This document shows, piece after piece, positions 41,059-51,505 of a stretch of DNA of 63,480 bases. The position numbers were made by a program, and so were the translations under genes. The notes under the pieces were generated by a model that was not told the origin of the DNA, made no database searches, and worked only from the letters and a program-made list of their open reading frames with translations. Position 1 is the stretch's first letter. The number at the start of each line of letters is the position of its first letter. The stretch is taken from the NCBI GenBank assembly GCA_020718275.1, contig DYSI01000005.1, positions 1-63,480 on the forward strand, read 5' to 3'. The stretch comes from Draconibacterium orientale (GTDB taxonomy: Bacteria > Bacteroidota > Bacteroidia > Bacteroidales > UBA1556).

Positions 41059-42342
41059 TTATAAATATTTTGGCCTTTGAAACCATGTGTTTCGGATGTT
41101 GAGCCCTAGTTTAATCTTAATGTAATCTTGCTGTATTAGACTATTTGCTAAGGTTCCTCTTCGTCCAAATTCAAACCCTAAATCCATATACGATGTACTC
41201 GGGGGATTGTTTTGACTCATCAGCGGAATGCCGACCCCAAAACTTATGCCATAGTCGTTTATGTTTTTCTCGTGGAGCGTTAAATAGGATTCGTTGTACA
41301 TAAATCCCATATTAAGTGCATATTTACCAATAAAATACCGGCCCCCAAAATTAATTTTAATACTGTTATTCAGAATACCCATGACCCCAAATGCTGAATA
41401 TTTACTCCATTCTTCAAAACTAACATCGGCGGCCATCATCCATGATTTCTCTTTTCCAAAGCTAAATCCTGCTCCAATTTTTTGTGGAATAATGATATTG
41501 CCAACTCCATTTTCAGTGTTCAGAACCGTATCTTTATGATATTCATAGCCCTCTGTTCCTTCTGAATAGGTGTATGCCAAGGCGGATTTTACTGCTTTGA
41601 AATTCTGTTGGTTGGCGTATACTAAACCTAAATCGAGAAAATAATCTTTTTTATTGCCAAGACTCGTGTGGTATTGAATTCCATATTCAAAATACAGACT
41701 CTTAATGTTTACAGTGTTGGTGTATCTATAATTGAAAGATTTGGCTAAATCTAACATTTCGGATTCCCGTCTTAGGTTCAGATTTCCAAAGATATACGAC
41801 ATATTTACGCCTGCAGCGAAATTCTTTGAAATCCTAAATGCATTTCCCCAATAAATACGGCTAGCTCCTCCGTCACCTAAATAACCGTATCGTACGGTGC
41901 CAATTGAATCAATCTCTTCATAAACGTTGACATCATAACCAATTGTTGAATAGGGGACTAATCCTGCGCTCGTTTTCCACCATTTGGTAAATGGCATGGC
42001 AAAATTCAAATTGCCTATATTGAAATAATTGCTATTTCCACTTTGGCTTGATGATTTTGTTTGAATCAAGAAGCCTGAAAAGCCAGCATTGAAAACAAAA
42101 CTGCTAGAATCAATATTGATGTAAGAAGCTGGATTTAAGATGTTTATCCTTAATGGGTCTCTGATAGCAAATGCTACTCCTCCCATCGAAGACTGACTTG
42201 CATTATAGCCCGGATTTACATCGCCAAGCCCAAATCTTGAATAAGGTGAGTCGATACGAAGCTGCCCAAACATATTAGTTTGGAGTATACACATTACAAA
42301 AAATGTTAGCGTAAATCGTTTATAACGAATGAGTTCTTTCAT
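41059..42342 (-). CDS. Outer membrane beta-barrel (FadL/Toluene_X-like)
   Basis: SPYSRFGLG...SMGG...NPA plug motif; alternating beta strands; C-terminal W F..P KY. Confidence 0.75.
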   Translation of the reverse strand: MKELIRYKRFTLTFFVMCILQTNMFGQLRIDSPYSRFGLGDVNPGYNASQSSMGGVAFAIRDPLRINILNPASYINIDSSSFVFNAGFSGFLIQTKSSSQSGNSNYFNIGNLNFAMPFTKWWKTSAGLVPYSTIGYDVNVYEEIDSIGTVRYGYLGDGGASRIYWGNAFRISKNFAAGVNMSYIFGNLNLRRESEMLDLAKSFNYRYTNTVNIKSLYFEYGIQYHTSLGNKKDYFLDLGLVYANQQNFKAVKSALAYTYSEGTEGYEYHKDTVLNTENGVGNIIIPQKIGAGFSFGKEKSWMMAADVSFEEWSKYSAFGVMGILNNSIKINFGGRYFIGKYALNMGFMYNESYLTLHEKNINDYGISFGVGIPLMSQNNPPSTSYMDLGFEFGRRGTLANSLIQQDYIKIKLGLNIRNTWFQRPKYL

Positions 42343-43057
42343 TAAAAATTAAAATTTCGTTCAGTCCAATAAGAACCAAGTTTGCAACTGCAAAGATGTT
42401 ATTTTTTATATACTTATCAAAATAAATACTTTCTCCACCAGTTAGAAAAATCTGTAAGTCTTTGAATTGTGACCGGTATTGGGCTATTAACCCATTTACT
42501 TCTGCAATTGCTCCGTTCATTACACCTGATAAGATGGAAGTCTCTGTGTTGGTTCCTATTAAATTATGAACATGGTTATACTCGACTAACGGTAGTTTTG
42601 CAGTAAAATTATGTAGCGCTTTAAATCTTAAGTATAAACCTGGAGAAATGCTTCCTCCAAGATATTCTCCGTGGCTATTCACAAGGTCAAATTTAATTGC
42701 AGTACCAATGTCAACGGTCAATACATTTTGATGTGGTGCTAAACTAGCTGCTCCAACTGCAACTGCTAAACGATCTTTGCCCAATGTTTCGGGAGTAGAA
42801 TATTTATTTATAATTGGAATTATGGTCTCGCTAGTTAACTCAATATGCATTGGAAACGTTTTTAACCATTCAAGAATATTCGCTTCGGTGTGGATTACAG
42901 ATGAAATAATGCAAGACTTAACCTCAGGATAAGGATTCAAAAACTCCTGTAATTGAGTTAATGTTGCCTTTTCAAAACGCTCAAAAGCAATCATCTCTGA
43001 TTGTTTGAATAGAGCGCATTTTTGATAACTATTGCCAAAATCAAGTACAAATTGCAT
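42320..43057 (-). CDS. coaX: Type III pantothenate kinase
   Basis: D.GNS, SSV, LG.DR, D.GTA, GG.ISPG, TGG, LV..GL. Confidence 0.95.
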   Translation of the reverse strand: MQFVLDFGNSYQKCALFKQSEMIAFERFEKATLTQLQEFLNPYPEVKSCIISSVIHTEANILEWLKTFPMHIELTSETIIPIINKYSTPETLGKDRLAVAVGAASLAPHQNVLTVDIGTAIKFDLVNSHGEYLGGSISPGLYLRFKALHNFTAKLPLVEYNHVHNLIGTNTETSILSGVMNGAIAEVNGLIAQYRSQFKDLQIFLTGGESIYFDKYIKNNIFAVANLVLIGLNEILIFNERTHSL

Positions 43058-43073
43058 GGGTTGTTTATTTTTG

Positions 43074-43081
43074 CAAAGGTA
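43074..43081 (-). promoter_or_regulatory. -7 element TACCTTTG for the coaX operon
   Basis: Exact match 17 bp upstream of the start. Confidence 0.65.
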
Positions 43082-43312
43082 TAAAATACCAACGGTTCTT
43101 TCCGTACTGACTTCCGTAATAGTTCGACTTATTTCTGGTTTAAAAAATATATGCTAGTAGTTATCTTGTTTTTTTTTGTTCCTGCCTTTGCTTTTTGTGA
43201 TGAGTTAATTTGTTTATAATCAATTTGTTTTAAATTTGTAATGCTGTTTGGATAATCAATTTTGGCTCGAAACGCCATGTTTCTTGATTCATTTTATTAT
43301 TTTGTTATTTTT

Positions 43313-43345
43313 TTTGTTGAAGGTTTAAAAAAAGTTTTACCTTTG
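43313..43345 (+). promoter_or_regulatory. sigmaA promoter of tRNA-Phe
   Basis: TTTG at 43313, 21-bp spacer, TACCTTTG at 43338-43345. Confidence 0.75.
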
Positions 43346-43358
43346 CAGCCGCTAAAAA

Positions 43359-43431
<73 letters not shown>

Positions 43432-43445
43432 CTCAACGTACATTT

Positions 43446-43479
43446 AAAACCTTATGAAATTCATTCATAAGGTTTTTTT
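43446..43479 (+). terminator. Terminator after tRNA-Phe
   Basis: AAAACCTTATGAA / TTCATAAGGTTTT stem plus T-run. Confidence 0.85.
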
Positions 43480-43606
43480 GTTTTTATTTCTATTTTTATA
43501 AACGTTAATTCGTTAGTGATGATTTTTCGATTTATTAAATTGAATTATTTATAAAAACTATTATTTTAGCTCGCTTAATTAATCTTTGTTTTAATTCGTT
43601 TGACTC

Positions 43607-44245
43607 ATGATAAAATTTTCTTTTCTTCTCCTTCTTTTTACCACTACTTTCGCAAGCTATAGCCAATCAGTTTTTGATGCAGTAGATACGCTCAATTATC
43701 CTTATCATTTGTGGAATAAGGAAGTAATTGAAGCTGCAAATACAGCCAAAGAATCCGCTTTTCTAACGCAACAAGAAAAGGATATAGTTTGGTTAACCAA
43801 TTTGGTACGCTTTGATGGTGCGCTATTTGCAAAAACATTTCTCAAAGAATATGTCGATAAACATCAGGTTCCAGAGGCAGAAAATTTGAAGTCACTCAAT
43901 AAGGAACTTCGCAGAATCAATCAGTTACCCCTGCTAATGGTTGATCGCAATATTGTAAATTTGGCTTCGGAATTTGCCCTTGAAAGTGGAATTAAAGGAT
44001 CGGTTGGACATCAGAAATTTAGCACAAGAGTCAAAAAATCTCGCCATGCTCGTTTTGCCGAAAACTGCCATTATGGGCAAGATACTTCTGCACTAACGGT
44101 CTTGATCAGCTTGTTGATTGATGAGGATGTGGCTAGTCTTGGTCATCGAAAGAATATTTTAGATCCTAAAATGCTATATATCGGCCTCGCAATTCGACCA
44201 CATAAAATCCATAAGTATGTTTGTGTTATCGAATATGGGGGTTAA
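43607..44245 (+). CDS. Secreted CAP (SCP/PR-1) domain protein
   Basis: Signal peptide; GH, AENC.YG, LLID..V.SLGHRKNIL. Confidence 0.85.
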   Translation: MIKFSFLLLLFTTTFASYSQSVFDAVDTLNYPYHLWNKEVIEAANTAKESAFLTQQEKDIVWLTNLVRFDGALFAKTFLKEYVDKHQVPEAENLKSLNKELRRINQLPLLMVDRNIVNLASEFALESGIKGSVGHQKFSTRVKKSRHARFAENCHYGQDTSALTVLISLLIDEDVASLGHRKNILDPKMLYIGLAIRPHKIHKYVCVIEYGG

Positions 44246-44883
44246 AGCAAATTCACAAATGGATTATTAATTTTTTCAAAGCCAATGGTGGTTGATGGCC
44301 CATGACCAGGATAAATCTTTGTTCCATTCGGTAAAACAAAAAGTTTTTCGAGTATGCTTTTTTGAAGCAAATCAAAGTCGCCTGTGGGTAAATCTGTTCG
44401 CCCAATACTTCCCTTAAACAACACATCCCCAACAATCACAAATTGATCTTCTTCCGCATAATAGCATAGGCTTCCATCAGCGTGCCCTGGTGTATGGAGT
44501 ACTTTTAGAGTGCTTTTGCCAAAATGAATTATATCACCATCATTCAAAAAAATAGTCGGAAGAATATATTCTTGAACATCAAAACCATAGTTTGAAGCAT
44601 ATTTTGCTGAACTCATAAAAAAATCAATACTATCGCGATGTGAAGCAGCCTGTATCCGATATTTTTGAAGGATTGCATTGTTTCCTGCAATATGATCTAT
44701 GTGCGCGTGGGTGTAATATAAAGCACGAATGGAAATATTTTCTTGTTCCACAAAATCGAATAATTGCTCGTTTTCTTCGCTGCTGTGATTACCAGCATCA
44801 ATGATAATTCCCTCGCCTAAGTCATCGTATAGTAGGTATGTGTTAAGCTGAAATGAATTGAATACAAATGTTTTAACATTCAT
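44242..44883 (-). CDS. MBL-fold metallo-hydrolase (glyoxalase II-like)
   Basis: THAHIDH, TPGH, GDVLF.GSIGRTD, PGHG. Confidence 0.93.
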   Translation of the reverse strand: MNVKTFVFNSFQLNTYLLYDDLGEGIIIDAGNHSSEENEQLFDFVEQENISIRALYYTHAHIDHIAGNNAILQKYRIQAASHRDSIDFFMSSAKYASNYGFDVQEYILPTIFLNDGDIIHFGKSTLKVLHTPGHADGSLCYYAEEDQFVIVGDVLFKGSIGRTDLPTGDFDLLQKSILEKLFVLPNGTKIYPGHGPSTTIGFEKINNPFVNLL

Positions 44884-44992
44884 CGTGTTTGTGTTTTTTT
44901 ATGGTATAATTTGCTAATAATATTTTCTTATAACCGTTCCGACCCCTCGGATTCTTATTCCAGATTCTTAATAATGCTAGAATTTTCGATTG

Positions 44993-45013
44993 CAAAAATA
45001 ATAATTAACTTTG
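44993..45013. promoter_or_regulatory. Back-to-back divergent -7 elements: TATTTTTG (minus, 44993-45000) and TAACTTTG (plus, 45006-45013)
   Basis: Two exact TAnnTTTG motifs 5 bp apart, facing the MBL and Omp85-like genes. Confidence 0.6.
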
Positions 45014-45048
45014 CTCGTTTTTGGAATACTTAATTTTTGAATTATAAA

Positions 45049-48000
45049 ATGAAGAAATATAGATACAGGCATTTATTAGCAGGGCTCAAATACCTGCTTG
45101 GACTGATACTTTTATTTGTTTTTTCAGCTGGTTTTGCTCAGTTTTATAGTGGATCGCAGGTTAATTTTGGAAAAAATAGAATACAGCATACCACTGACCG
45201 ATATTGGAGTTTCTACCGTTTCAACGAATTCGATACCTATTATTACAAAGGTGGACAATCTTTAGCGATTTACGCCTCTTCCTTTGCCGATAAGCAAATT
45301 GCTATAATTGCAAAAAAACTCGATTTTAATCCCGAAAGTAAAATTAGATTTCTGATCTTTAATGACTTATCAGATCTCAAAGAAACGAATATTGGACTTA
45401 TTACCGATGACGACTATAATGTGGGGGGCTTAACTCATGTTATTGATAATAAGGTTTTTATATATTTTAATGGAGAACATCTAGATTTTGAAAAGCAAAT
45501 ACAGCGTGGGATAGCCAAGGTTTTGCTAAACGAATTTCTGTATGGTGGTTCTACGAGTGCCAAAATTAAGAACTCGTATTTACTTTCATTTCCTGATTGG
45601 TATGTTGAAGGGCTGATATCTTATTTGTCGGACGATTGGAATACTACCATGGATAATGAATTGCGTGATGGAATTCGTATAGATGAATTTACCAAATTTG
45701 AGCGCTTAACCACCACTCAGCAAATAATAGCGGGTCATTCTCTATGGAAATATGTGGAGGCAAAATTTGGGGCGTCGGCTATTTCGAATGTCTTGTACAT
45801 GGCCAAGATTAATCATAGCATTGAAAATGGTTTTCAATATGTACTTAATGTGAGTTATGAATCCTTATTATTAGATTGGAAAAATTATTATTCACAACGT
45901 TATCAGCGAGATTTTGATGTTTTTGACTTGCCTCAAAATGCAGCCTTCAGAAAATTTACTCCAAAAATAAATTATGCCCAAGCGCGTATTAGTTCTGATG
46001 GAAATCTTCTTGCATACACTACCAATGATTTAGGAAAAGTGAAAGTATTTGTCAAAAATCTGGAAACAGGAAGGCGTAAATGTGTGCTGAAATATGGATA
46101 TCGATTAGCTGAAAAGATTGATTTCACTTATCCTTTGCTAGCTTGGTCGCCTCAGAGCAATCAACTAAATATGATTTACGAACATCGAAGCACTAATGTG
46201 TTGGTGTCATTTGAATACGGGAAGCGGCGAAAGAGAACACGAATCTTAAATCAATTTGATAAGATACATGATTTTTCCTTTAATAAGCGTGGTAATTTGC
46301 TTGCAATGTCGGCCATTGTAAATGGTCAGAGTGATATTTATCTCTTTAGCCTTGGTGGCAATTCGTTCAATCGCTTGACTCAAGATGGTTTTGATGATTA
46401 TTATCCTCGCTTTGTTAATAATGATAATGCCATTGTTTGGAGCTCCAATAGAATGGAGGATAGCTTGCGCAATATTCAACAAATTTCAAGTCAAATTGCC
46501 GAGGATACTATTCACGGAAATCGAAATAACGACTTGTTCTTTTACGATTTACTTAATCCTTCAAAGGTGCTGCATCGAGTTACCAACACCCCGCTTGCTA
46601 ACGAAATCTATGCTATGCCTGTTGCAAATAATAGTTTTGCTTGGTTAAGTGATGAAAATGGAATTTATAATCGCTACATTGGTAGTTTTGATAGCACAAT
46701 CAGCTTTATTGATACCACTACACATTATAGATATTTTACTAGATATCAGGCTGTTTCGGATTATGGAACAAGTATTTTAGAGCAAGATTATAACCTGTTT
46801 GCCACGCAATATACTGAAATAGCGAAAGTGGAAGGAAAGACTAAAATCTTTATTCGCCCAATTCCTGCCTATAAAGATTATGATCGGGTACTGCTTATAA
46901 AAACAGCCTATATGGAGGATCTATGGAACGCTCAACGCAAACTGCAAGAACGTAAAGAACAATTGCAATTGTTGCAGCTAAAAAGGTTATCAACATCCGA
47001 CTCGGCCAATCTACTTCCTGCAAATGACAAATCACTTATTAAAAAGCATTTTAAGGTAGTCAGACTGTCTGATCGACAAAACCAAAATAGCAATATTGAC
47101 ATCGATAATTACTCCTTTAATGGCAAGACAACTGAAATAGATAAATCATCAAAGGCAGCTTTGGAAGCGGGTCGCCAGCATGGACCTGCCGACGAAATTA
47201 GATCAGCTTATAGTTCGCGACCTTATAACATTGAATATAATGTTTCCGAAATTGTTACTCAGGTTGATTTTAGCTATATGAATTATTCGTATCAACCGTT
47301 TTCAAATCCGCAAACTCCTATTTATTTGACCTCCGGAATTAGTTCCTATCTCAAATTCGGAATCATGGATTTGCTGGAAGATTATCGTTTGATTGGTGGG
47401 GTTAAAATATCGCCATCATTGCAAAATAATGAATATTTCCTCACGTTTTCGGATTATAAAAATCGAATTGATAAGGATTATACTTTTCATAGGGTTCTAG
47501 TGGATGAATACTTGAGCGATAGATATTTAACACATCATATTCATGAGGTTTTTGTTAAATTTGGACTTCCTTTCGACAATATTCGAGGATTGAGAGCAAC
47601 TTTTGCCTATAATAATGATGTATCAGTGGTAAAATCCACCGACCTTACTAATCTGGCTCGTGAGGATGAAATGTCAAACAAAGCAATTTTTAGATTGGAG
47701 TATGTATATGATAATTCACGAGCTGGGGGTCTGAATATTTTATACGGTACTCGCTATAAGCTTTTTGGAGAATATTATCAGCCAATCGAAGATTTTAAGG
47801 AGAATCTGATTGTTTTTGGCTTCGATTTTCGCAAGTACGTTCAAATACATAAGAGTTTTGTTTGGGCAAATCGCCTTGCAGGTAGTGGTTCATTGGGGAC
47901 TCAACGGCTTATCTATTATTTGGGTGGAGTGGATAATTGGATGTACGCTAAGTTTAATACAGATATTCAAGTAGATCAAAATCAGGAGTTTGCATACCAA

Positions 48001-48411
48001 ACACTCGCTACCAATATGCGTGGCTTTTCGCAGAATATCCGCAATGGCAATAATTTCTTTTTACTCAATACTGAATTGCGTTTTCCACCGATCAACTATT
48101 TTAGTAATGTTCCGGTGAAATCTAACTTTTGGAATAATTTTATGATTGTTGGCTTTTTTGATATGGGTACAGCTTGGACTGGAATTGATCCTTTTGCCGA
48201 TGGTAATTCACTATTTAGAAAGAGTATCTATCGTAATCCTGTGGAAATTACCATTATAAATCAGGATGATCCCATTGTTGGCGGCTACGGATTTGGATTA
48301 AGATCCCAAGTATTTGGGTATTATATGCGCGCTGATTGGGCTTGGGGTATCGAAAATGGCTATGTTCATGATAAGGCCGTATTTTATTTTTCATTGAGTC
48401 TCGATTTTTAA
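45049..48411 (+). CDS. Large outer membrane protein: peptidase-like N-terminus, TolB/PD40-like propeller and Omp85-like barrel
   Basis: Signal peptide; FGKNRIQ; PDWYVEGL; ISSDG / WSP / FNKRG blades; MRGF (Omp85 VRGF-type motif); C-terminal FYFSLSLDF; ATG 45049. Confidence 0.7.
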   Translation: MKKYRYRHLLAGLKYLLGLILLFVFSAGFAQFYSGSQVNFGKNRIQHTTDRYWSFYRFNEFDTYYYKGGQSLAIYASSFADKQIAIIAKKLDFNPESKIRFLIFNDLSDLKETNIGLITDDDYNVGGLTHVIDNKVFIYFNGEHLDFEKQIQRGIAKVLLNEFLYGGSTSAKIKNSYLLSFPDWYVEGLISYLSDDWNTTMDNELRDGIRIDEFTKFERLTTTQQIIAGHSLWKYVEAKFGASAISNVLYMAKINHSIENGFQYVLNVSYESLLLDWKNYYSQRYQRDFDVFDLPQNAAFRKFTPKINYAQARISSDGNLLAYTTNDLGKVKVFVKNLETGRRKCVLKYGYRLAEKIDFTYPLLAWSPQSNQLNMIYEHRSTNVLVSFEYGKRRKRTRILNQFDKIHDFSFNKRGNLLAMSAIVNGQSDIYLFSLGGNSFNRLTQDGFDDYYPRFVNNDNAIVWSSNRMEDSLRNIQQISSQIAEDTIHGNRNNDLFFYDLLNPSKVLHRVTNTPLANEIYAMPVANNSFAWLSDENGIYNRYIGSFDSTISFIDTTTHYRYFTRYQAVSDYGTSILEQDYNLFATQYTEIAKVEGKTKIFIRPIPAYKDYDRVLLIKTAYMEDLWNAQRKLQERKEQLQLLQLKRLSTSDSANLLPANDKSLIKKHFKVVRLSDRQNQNSNIDIDNYSFNGKTTEIDKSSKAALEAGRQHGPADEIRSAYSSRPYNIEYNVSEIVTQVDFSYMNYSYQPFSNPQTPIYLTSGISSYLKFGIMDLLEDYRLIGGVKISPSLQNNEYFLTFSDYKNRIDKDYTFHRVLVDEYLSDRYLTHHIHEVFVKFGLPFDNIRGLRATFAYNNDVSVVKSTDLTNLAREDEMSNKAIFRLEYVYDNSRAGGLNILYGTRYKLFGEYYQPIEDFKENLIVFGFDFRKYVQIHKSFVWANRLAGSGSLGTQRLIYYLGGVDNWMYAKFNTDIQVDQNQEFAYQTLATNMRGFSQNIRNGNNFFLLNTELRFPPINYFSNVPVKSNFWNNFMIVGFFDMGTAWTGIDPFADGNSLFRKSIYRNPVEITIINQDDPIVGGYGFGLRSQVFGYYMRADWAWGIENGYVHDKAVFYFSLSLDF

Positions 48412-48422
48412 AATTTTACACT

Positions 48423-48797
48423 ATGCAAATATCTTTATCTACTTTTTTGATTTTATTAGTAATCGGTCTTGCTGGCGGTATGTTAAGTGGGGTTGCTGGA
48501 GTTGGCGGTGGAATAATAATAATACCAGCGCTAGTGTTCTTTTTGGGCATGTCGCAGTTCGAAGCCCAAGGTACTAGTCTTGCAATGATGGTTCCTCCAA
48601 TTGGTATTTTGGCAGCGGCAACATACTACAAACAAGGCTATATCAATTGGCAGTATGCTTTGATCCTTGCGATATTCTTTTTTATCGGAGGTTATCTTGG
48701 GTCAAAAATGATAATCAATATCCCGCAAACTATTGTGAAAAGAATATTTGCAGTGTTTATTATTCTGGTTGGAATTAAAATGCTGTTCAATAAATAG
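48423..48797 (+). CDS. TSUP (TauE/SafE) family half-size membrane protein
   Basis: SG..G.GGG.IIIP, AQGTSL; about 4 TM segments. Confidence 0.88.
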   Translation: MQISLSTFLILLVIGLAGGMLSGVAGVGGGIIIIPALVFFLGMSQFEAQGTSLAMMVPPIGILAAATYYKQGYINWQYALILAIFFFIGGYLGSKMIINIPQTIVKRIFAVFIILVGIKMLFNK

Positions 48798-48840
48798 TTT
48801 ACTAAATAAGTCAAAAATTTAATCTTTACTTTCATTTCTC

Positions 48841-50040
48841 ATGGCTGATATTTTAAAGAAGAGAATCGAACAATATTGTAGGTTGTATCATAGTGAGGTG
48901 GTTGCGATTCGTCGTCATCTCCATGCTCATCCTGAATTAGCATTTCAAGAATATCAAACTTCGGCATTTATTGCTAGTAAATTAACGCAATATGGAATTC
49001 CATTTCAAGCGAATGTTGCCAAAACTGGTATTGTTGGCTTTATCGAAGGGAAGAAGAAAGATAAAGTGATTGCTTTGCGTGCAGACATGGATGCCCTGCC
49101 AATTCTTGAGTTGAATCAAGTGAGCTATAAGTCACAAAATGAGGGCGTAATGCACGCATGTGGTCATGATGCTCATTCGGCTATGTTGTTGGTAGCGGCG
49201 AGAATTCTGAATGAAATACGTCATGACTTAGACGGTAGTATAAAGCTAATATTTCAACCCTCGGAGGAGGCTTTTCCTGGTGGGGCAAAAGCGATGATTG
49301 AAGCGGGCGTGCTCGAGAATCCACCTGTGCGACATGTAATAGGGCAACATGTTTTCCCTAATATGGAAGCTGGTAAAGTAGGGTTTAAGAGTGGAATGTA
49401 TATGGCTTCCACTGATGAAATATATTTGACTGTTAAGGGAAAAGGTGGCCATGGGGCTACTCCCGAACTTAATGTAGATCCTGTGTTGATTGGTGCTCAT
49501 ATTTTGGTAGCGCTGCAACAGGTTGTGAGCCGAATGGCTTCACCAAATATTCCAACTGTGCTTTCTTTTGGTAGATTTATTGCCGAGGGTCAAACCAATG
49601 TGATTCCTGACCAAGTAAGTATTTCTGGCACATTACGCACTTTTGATGAAAAATGGCGGGCAGATGCGCATCAGAAAATTACTCAATTAGCGCAAAATAT
49701 GGCTATTAGCATGGGTGGATCTTGCGAAGTGCGTATTGAACATGGTTATCCTTATGTGGTAAATGATCCGACTTTAACCAATAATTTGAGCCTTTTTGCT
49801 AAAGAGTATTTAGGAACTCGTAAGGTAGAGGAGCTTTCATTACGAATGACCGCCGAAGATTTTGCCTATTATGCGCATCAGGTTCCTAGTACTTTCTATC
49901 GGGTCGGGACTCGTACCAAAGGCAAAGAAATCACTAATTTGCATACCGCTCAGTTCGATATTGACGAAGAGTCATTGTTCAAAGGGATGGGCACAATGGT
50001 TTATCTTGCCTATCGCACGCTTGAAGAACTGGTAGATTAA
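48841..50040 (+). CDS. M20D family amidohydrolase
   Basis: H.HPEL.FQE, LRADMDALP, MHACGHD, FQPSEE, EDF, H. Confidence 0.93.
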   Translation: MADILKKRIEQYCRLYHSEVVAIRRHLHAHPELAFQEYQTSAFIASKLTQYGIPFQANVAKTGIVGFIEGKKKDKVIALRADMDALPILELNQVSYKSQNEGVMHACGHDAHSAMLLVAARILNEIRHDLDGSIKLIFQPSEEAFPGGAKAMIEAGVLENPPVRHVIGQHVFPNMEAGKVGFKSGMYMASTDEIYLTVKGKGGHGATPELNVDPVLIGAHILVALQQVVSRMASPNIPTVLSFGRFIAEGQTNVIPDQVSISGTLRTFDEKWRADAHQKITQLAQNMAISMGGSCEVRIEHGYPYVVNDPTLTNNLSLFAKEYLGTRKVEELSLRMTAEDFAYYAHQVPSTFYRVGTRTKGKEITNLHTAQFDIDEESLFKGMGTMVYLAYRTLEELVD

Positions 50041-50062
50041 ATGATGGCTTATTTTGATTTTA

Positions 50063-50443
50063 TTACTCGTCGTAAAATTCAACTAAACGACTCATAAATA
50101 CTTCATTCCACCCGTCTACAATGTTTTCGTAATCGTCATCAGGGATATTGGTGTGGCGCAATTCTAAGGAGGTGTGATTTTTTTTAGGGTGCAGAATCAT
50201 AGTAACCACAGATGCTTCTTCCTGATCGCCAAAAAACCATTGCTGAACAATCTTATAACCAGGTTCTAAACCAATGATAATTCCCGTAATATTCCCTTCA
50301 AACATTGAAAATTCTTTCCCTATTTCTGCTTCAAATTCAGCTTCTTCGCCACTCCAAAGCCTTATGGTTAAAGGATTTGTGAGGCCTAAGTACGCTTGAT
50401 CTGGGGTGGTTTTCAGTTCGTAATAGCTTTTATAATCTTTCAT
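50063..50443 (-). CDS. SRPBCC / AHSA1-like domain protein
   Basis: Y..LTNP..I.LWSG, IVQQW.F, L.HTNIP, GW. Confidence 0.85.
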   Translation of the reverse strand: MKDYKSYYELKTTPDQAYLGLTNPLTIRLWSGEEAEFEAEIGKEFSMFEGNITGIIIGLEPGYKIVQQWFFGDQEEASVVTMILHPKKNHTSLELRHTNIPDDDYENIVDGWNEVFMSRLVEFYDE

Positions 50444-50452
50444 TTTATTTGG

Positions 50453-51169
50453 TTATTTAGTGTTTGGGTAAATTTGATTTGCTTGAGTCCATTTTTCCTC
50501 AAAATCTTTGATGATAAGATTCGATTTTTTAATGGTTTTCCTGGCCCATTCTATTTGTATTTCAACTTTTTCTTCCGCTGATAATTGCCAATGGATGTCA
50601 GATTTGCGTAATTTTTCGGTAAGATAAAACATGCTTAGCGCAGCCGAAACGGAGATATTAAAACTTTCGGTAAAACCATACATTGGGATTTTCATAAAAC
50701 CATCAACATGGTTAAGCGCTGTTTCTGAGAGTCCAAGATGCTCGGTTCCAAAGACAAGGGCAATTGGTTTGTCTAAATTGAGTTGCTCAATGAGTACGTC
50801 ATTATGATGTGGAGTAGTTGCAATGATTTGGTAGCCTTTTGCTCGCAACTTATTAAAGCAGTCTAATGTATTGTTTTCTAAGTTATTATACTTTTTTAAT
50901 TTCAGCCATTTTGAGGAGCCCATAGCAACTTCTTCGCTAAGTTCGTATTTATGTGTATTCTCAATGATATGTACATCATGTACTCCAAACAAATCGCATG
51001 AACGAATTACCGCACTGGCATTATGGGATTGATAAATGTTTTCGAGTACGATGGTAAGATAGCGTGTACGGTCCTCGATGTTTTTTTTAAATAATGATTG
51101 CTTGTTGTCTGAAATAAAATTCATTAAGTAATCGCGTAGGGCAATTTGGTAAGCGTGATTCTCTGACAT
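50453..51169 (-). CDS. TrmH/SpoU-family RNA 2'-O-methyltransferase
   Basis: HNASAV.RSC, FG.E..G, IPM.GF.ESFNISV. Confidence 0.9.
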   Translation of the reverse strand: MSENHAYQIALRDYLMNFISDNKQSLFKKNIEDRTRYLTIVLENIYQSHNASAVIRSCDLFGVHDVHIIENTHKYELSEEVAMGSSKWLKLKKYNNLENNTLDCFNKLRAKGYQIIATTPHHNDVLIEQLNLDKPIALVFGTEHLGLSETALNHVDGFMKIPMYGFTESFNISVSAALSMFYLTEKLRKSDIHWQLSAEEKVEIQIEWARKTIKKSNLIIKDFEEKWTQANQIYPNTK

Positions 51170-51183
51170 TGTTTGTGGTTATT

Positions 51184-51219
51184 AAAAAAAGCCCCAACGT
51201 TTAAAAACGAGAGGCTTTT
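51184..51219 (-). terminator. Probable terminator after HU
   Basis: AAAAGCC / GGCTTTT imperfect stem; T-run on the minus strand. Confidence 0.55.
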
Positions 51220-51241
51220 AATAGTTTACTTAGATGAAAAA

Positions 51242-51505
51242 TTATAAAGCCAAATCAGCACCAGCTTTAAATTTAACTACTTTTTTAGCAGGAATATTGA
51301 TGGTAGTTCCTGTTTTAGGATTACGTCCTGAACGAGCAGCTCTTTCAGAAATAGAGAAAGAACCAAAGCCTACTAAGGCTACTTTGTCACCACTTTTCAA
51401 CGATTCGGTAGTTGCACCAACAAATGCTTCAAGAGCTCTTTTTGCATCAGCTTTTGTCAAACCAGAGGTCTCAGCCATTGCATCAATTAATTGTGTTTTG
51501 TTCAT
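51242..51505 (-). CDS. hup: DNA-binding protein HU
   Basis: MNKTQLI, V.LVGFGSF, R.GRNP.TG..I.IPA..V.KFK.G; -7 TATATTTG at 51547-51554. Confidence 0.97.
   Translation of the reverse strand: MNKTQLIDAMAETSGLTKADAKRALEAFVGATTESLKSGDKVALVGFGSFSISERAARSGRNPKTGTTINIPAKKVVKFKAGADLAL

Noticed and set aside
43432-44245. Possible island integrated at the tRNA-Phe 3' end
   Set aside because: No integrase, no duplicated tRNA 3' end seen, no obvious composition shift
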